Virus record (IMG/VR): IMGVR_UViG_3300034159_000051
Coordinates: 1 to 64,000 of that record
DNA from: a virus
Length of the DNA stretch: 64,000 nucleotides
Strand: one strand, 5' to 3'
Within the stretch, counting starts at the first letter, position 1, and each line of letters starts with the position of its first letter. Below are positions 61,667 through 64,000 of the stretch, piece by piece. The notes beneath the pieces were generated by a model. That model was given only the letters and a program-made list of their open reading frames with translations. It ran no database searches and was not told where the DNA came from. Both the position numbers and the translations under genes were made by a program.

Positions 61667-62950
61667 TCAGAACTTGATGCAGAGCGGTTCGATCCGGCCG
61701 TCCAAAATCGCCTGGACGATGTTCGCCGCCTTCGCCTTGCTGATCCTGCCAGCATCCGCCACGCCAGCGATTACAGCGTCGATGATCGCAGTGCGATGCA
61801 GCACGTTCGCTTGGCGCTCGGCCTCTAGGCGGTCTTGGGTGGCGAGAAAGGCGAGGCGGGCCTGCTCGGCGTCTTCAGCCTTCCGGCGCTCCTCTGCCGC
61901 CGCCAGTTCGGCGGCCTCTTCGCGCTCGCGCTGGATGCGTTTCTCAAGCTCTTGCTTCTTGAATTCTTCCATGATGGCGTGCGTTTCAAGGCAAGCCGCA
62001 ATGTCCTTGCGGGCTTCGGCCATCAGCTCGTCGTAGCGCGGACGGAATTCCTGCCAGTCGCGCTCATGCGCCGCGACCGCATCGAACCCGCTGGCAAGAT
62101 ACTGAACGCGCTCCAATGAATTGTAAGGAGAGGTAATGTCTCTCACCATGCCGCACAGCGCGGCGAGCGCGGCCTCGTGACCGGCGATCCGCTTGCCTTC
62201 GGCCTGGATGAGCGCTTCCGCCTGCTCGGCCTCCTGGCGCTTCCTGGCGTCCTCCTCGGCTGCACGCTTGACACGCTCGGCGCGGAACGCTTCCAGCTCG
62301 GCCCGGTCCGCCTCATCCCGCGTAAGTTTATCAATACTTTCCTTTAGAGACTTGATCGTAAAGACCTTGGCCTCGACGCGGTCGACATCCCCATTGATCG
62401 CCTCCACGGTCGCCAGCCGGGCGCGGAGCGTCGCGCTGGTGTCGTCGGCGCTGATCATGCGGGCGGCGTCGAGAAAATCCAGGTCTTCCTTGATTTTCGC
62501 TTCGCGCTTGGCTTCCTCAGCCTTCCAGACGTCAAGGTCTTTCCGAACCCGCTTAACCAGCGCGTCTATATCCTCAAGGATATCCTTTTTATCATCGTTC
62601 ACGGCTTTGGTCTTATCGCGATACTCTTTCGTCAGCTGCTTCGCCGCCTCCTCGATTGGGGACTTGCGCAGCGTCAACTGCTGGTAAGCGAAGGAGGTGA
62701 TCTCGTCGCGCTCGGCCTTCGTTCCGACGGTAAGCTTCCGCGCCTCAAAATCCTTGACGCGGTCCTTCAGCTCAGCCAGGAAAGCGGCGCGGATTTCCGC
62801 TCTTATCAGAACCGACGAAGGCCTGCCATTGACATAGTCAATGGCGGACGATTTCAGCTCCAAGACGGCGATTTCCTGGCCGGTTGCGATCTTCGTCAGC
62901 CCCGTCTCTTCGGAAGCCTCAGCCACATTTGGCATAGTCGAATTGTCCAT
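61667..62950 (-). CDS. Long coiled-coil protein of the recombination module
   Basis: R.EI.S.AY, D.L...VRK.L..W, Glu/Ala/Arg-rich; start after the motif at 62956. Confidence 0.7.
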   Translation of the reverse strand: MDNSTMPNVAEASEETGLTKIATGQEIAVLELKSSAIDYVNGRPSSVLIRAEIRAAFLAELKDRVKDFEARKLTVGTKAERDEITSFAYQQLTLRKSPIEEAAKQLTKEYRDKTKAVNDDKKDILEDIDALVKRVRKDLDVWKAEEAKREAKIKEDLDFLDAARMISADDTSATLRARLATVEAINGDVDRVEAKVFTIKSLKESIDKLTRDEADRAELEAFRAERVKRAAEEDARKRQEAEQAEALIQAEGKRIAGHEAALAALCGMVRDITSPYNSLERVQYLASGFDAVAAHERDWQEFRPRYDELMAEARKDIAACLETHAIMEEFKKQELEKRIQREREEAAELAAAEERRKAEDAEQARLAFLATQDRLEAERQANVLHRTAIIDAVIAGVADAGRISKAKAANIVQAILDGRIEPLCIKF

Positions 62951-62970
62951 GATGATCTGATCCCTTTTGT

Positions 62971-63237
62971 TTACATCCTGTCTTTTTCGACGCGGGCGAT
63001 CCGCGACAGGATCTCCGGGACGCTTTCCCTGACTGCAACCGATTCCTCGGAGCCAAGAACATTGAGCCACGACTGATAATCATTTCGAAGCGTTGGCGTG
63101 TAGGAAACGATCGTATCGATCCGAATGATCGCGGAACGGTTATCCGCCAGCGTCAGGACGATGCTGCGCGTTTTGTAAAGCTCCGCCTCCATCATCGAAA
63201 GGACTTCCGCTGTGGTTGGAATAATCACGTCTTTCAT
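62971..63237 (-). CDS. Hypothetical protein
   Basis: Motif at 63241; V.ES..EI C-terminus. Confidence 0.65.
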   Translation of the reverse strand: MKDVIIPTTAEVLSMMEAELYKTRSIVLTLADNRSAIIRIDTIVSYTPTLRNDYQSWLNVLGSEESVAVRESVPEILSRIARVEKDRM

Positions 63238-63249
63238 CGATCTGATCCC

Positions 63250-63531
63250 TTATGCGCAGTCGCGAAGAATGTTGCAGATGGTCAGGCTGTCCCGACTTGG
63301 TTTCATTCGCCCGGACGGGCTATAAACATCTAGCTTCATGCCGACTGGTTTTTCGGCATCCTCGCGCCCAGCGAGCGCGGCCTCGTAGATGTCGAGAACT
63401 CGCTCCAATGCGAGCGTAGGATTGACGCGACTCATGCCGCCACGGCCGCGCGCCTCCTTAATGAAGTGGCGCAGTTCTCCGATGGAGATGTCTCCGCTTC
63501 TGGCGATGCGCTGCGCTTCTCGTTTATTCAT
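63250..63531 (-). CDS. Hypothetical protein
   Basis: Motif at 63535. Confidence 0.65.
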   Translation of the reverse strand: MNKREAQRIARSGDISIGELRHFIKEARGRGGMSRVNPTLALERVLDIYEAALAGREDAEKPVGMKLDVYSPSGRMKPSRDSLTICNILRDCA

Positions 63532-63545
63532 TCATCTGATCCCTT

Positions 63546-64000
63546 TTATACGCCGTAGGCGCGAACGCGCTCGACGACGTCTGCAAGCTCATTGTTAAAC
63601 CTATCTACTTCGTTTGACAAGAGCCGAATATAGGCCGATTCCCGGTAGGCCCTCACCTTGTAATGCATCGTCTTCGCGCTGGGCGGCTTGCGATAGTAGA
63701 CAAAGAGATCTGTCCATTCCCTTTCTGCGACCCAGAGCTGGCCCTGGACCTGGGCCTTGAATTTTGGCGGGAAATCGGCCTTGAGAATCATCTCGATAAT
63801 CAAGTCAGGCAGGCAGGTTTTGATCTCCAGCATGCCGGCGGCGGCGATCAGGGAATCGGGCGACGCGCCCTTCTCGCCATTCTTGATGAACCCGACCTGC
63901 ACCGGCTCAGAGTCAGTCAGGAAGGCGTAAAACTCGCGCGCCTCGGCCTCCAGGTCTTTTCCCCGCTGCATGTGACGGTTGGAGTAGCTCTCCATCGGCT
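63546..64000 (-). CDS. YqaJ/lambda-exonuclease family protein (5' truncated by the window)
   Basis: M.RG..LE.EAR, GASPD, LEIK, QVQGQLWV..R.W.D. Confidence 0.92.
   Translation of the reverse strand, partial: PMESYSNRHMQRGKDLEAEAREFYAFLTDSEPVQVGFIKNGEKGASPDSLIAAAGMLEIKTCLPDLIIEMILKADFPPKFKAQVQGQLWVAEREWTDLFVYYRKPPSAKTMHYKVRAYRESAYIRLLSNEVDRFNNELADVVERVRAYGV

Larger units (their letters stand above)
44811..63543 (-). promoter_or_regulatory. Dispersed start-associated element GGGATCAGA (TCTGATCCC on +)
   Basis: Exact copies start on + at 44811, 46081, 46516, 46752, 47327, 47784, 48327, 49029, 50127, 50949, 55051, 55774, 56714, 57218, 59459, 62956, 63241, 63535. One-mismatch copies at 47110, 49533, 50402, 50720. 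Each lies 0-16 nt upstream of a start codon. Confidence 0.92.
1..64000. mobile_element. Tailed phage/prophage genome segment (myovirus; DUF2213/DUF2184/DUF3383/DUF2612 structural module)
   Basis: Head-neck-tail-baseplate-lysis gene order on +, convergent small-gene arm on -. No host housekeeping genes or att junction seen. Confidence 0.97.

Noticed and set aside
63524-63535. Mini-ORF ATG AAT GAA TAA directly after the motif
   Set aside because: It is a single instance; the second ATG 4 nt later opens the real gene, so it is probably incidental.
44811-63543. Motif series as a CRISPR array or integron attC array
   Set aside because: The repeats are only 9-27 bp, are separated by whole genes, and lack attC palindromes. 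No cas genes or IntI signature were seen.
1-64000. tRNA, rRNA, IS elements, stop-codon reassignment
   Set aside because: No cloverleaf, rRNA or transposase signature was noticed by eye, and genes are intact under the standard code. tRNAscan/Infernal were not run.

Overview
The whole window is part of a tailed dsDNA phage or prophage with a contractile (myovirus) tail, probably infecting a Hyphomicrobiales/Rhizobiales alphaproteobacterium. The host guess rests on the GC-rich sequence and an Omp25/RopB-type porin gene. Positions 1-43220 form a + strand late arm: MuF, a DUF2213 head protease with a long GNAT-like extension, scaffold, decoration protein, DUF2184 capsid, about 12 kb of extra fibre/appendage genes, neck, DUF3383 sheath, tube, a frameshifted chaperone, two paralogous tape-measure genes, baseplate, four fibre/spike genes, lysis genes and the porin. 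Positions 43304-64000 form a convergent - strand arm of about 58 mostly small genes, including a tyrosine recombinase, HNH nucleases, an MT-A70 methyltransferase, a Gp37/Gp68 protein and a YqaJ exonuclease. The most striking unexplained signal is a 9-nt element, GGGATCAGA. I count 18 exact and 4 single-mismatch copies on the coding strand just upstream of start codons in the - strand arm, and none at starts in the late arm. Other highlights are the protease-GNAT cargo with a small acidic partner, the duplicated tape measure, a 12-repeat possible ruler protein in an appendage cluster, and signal-peptide-bearing beta-helix proteins. All family assignments come from motifs recognised by eye, and no searches were run. 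No tRNA, rRNA or CRISPR array was seen.
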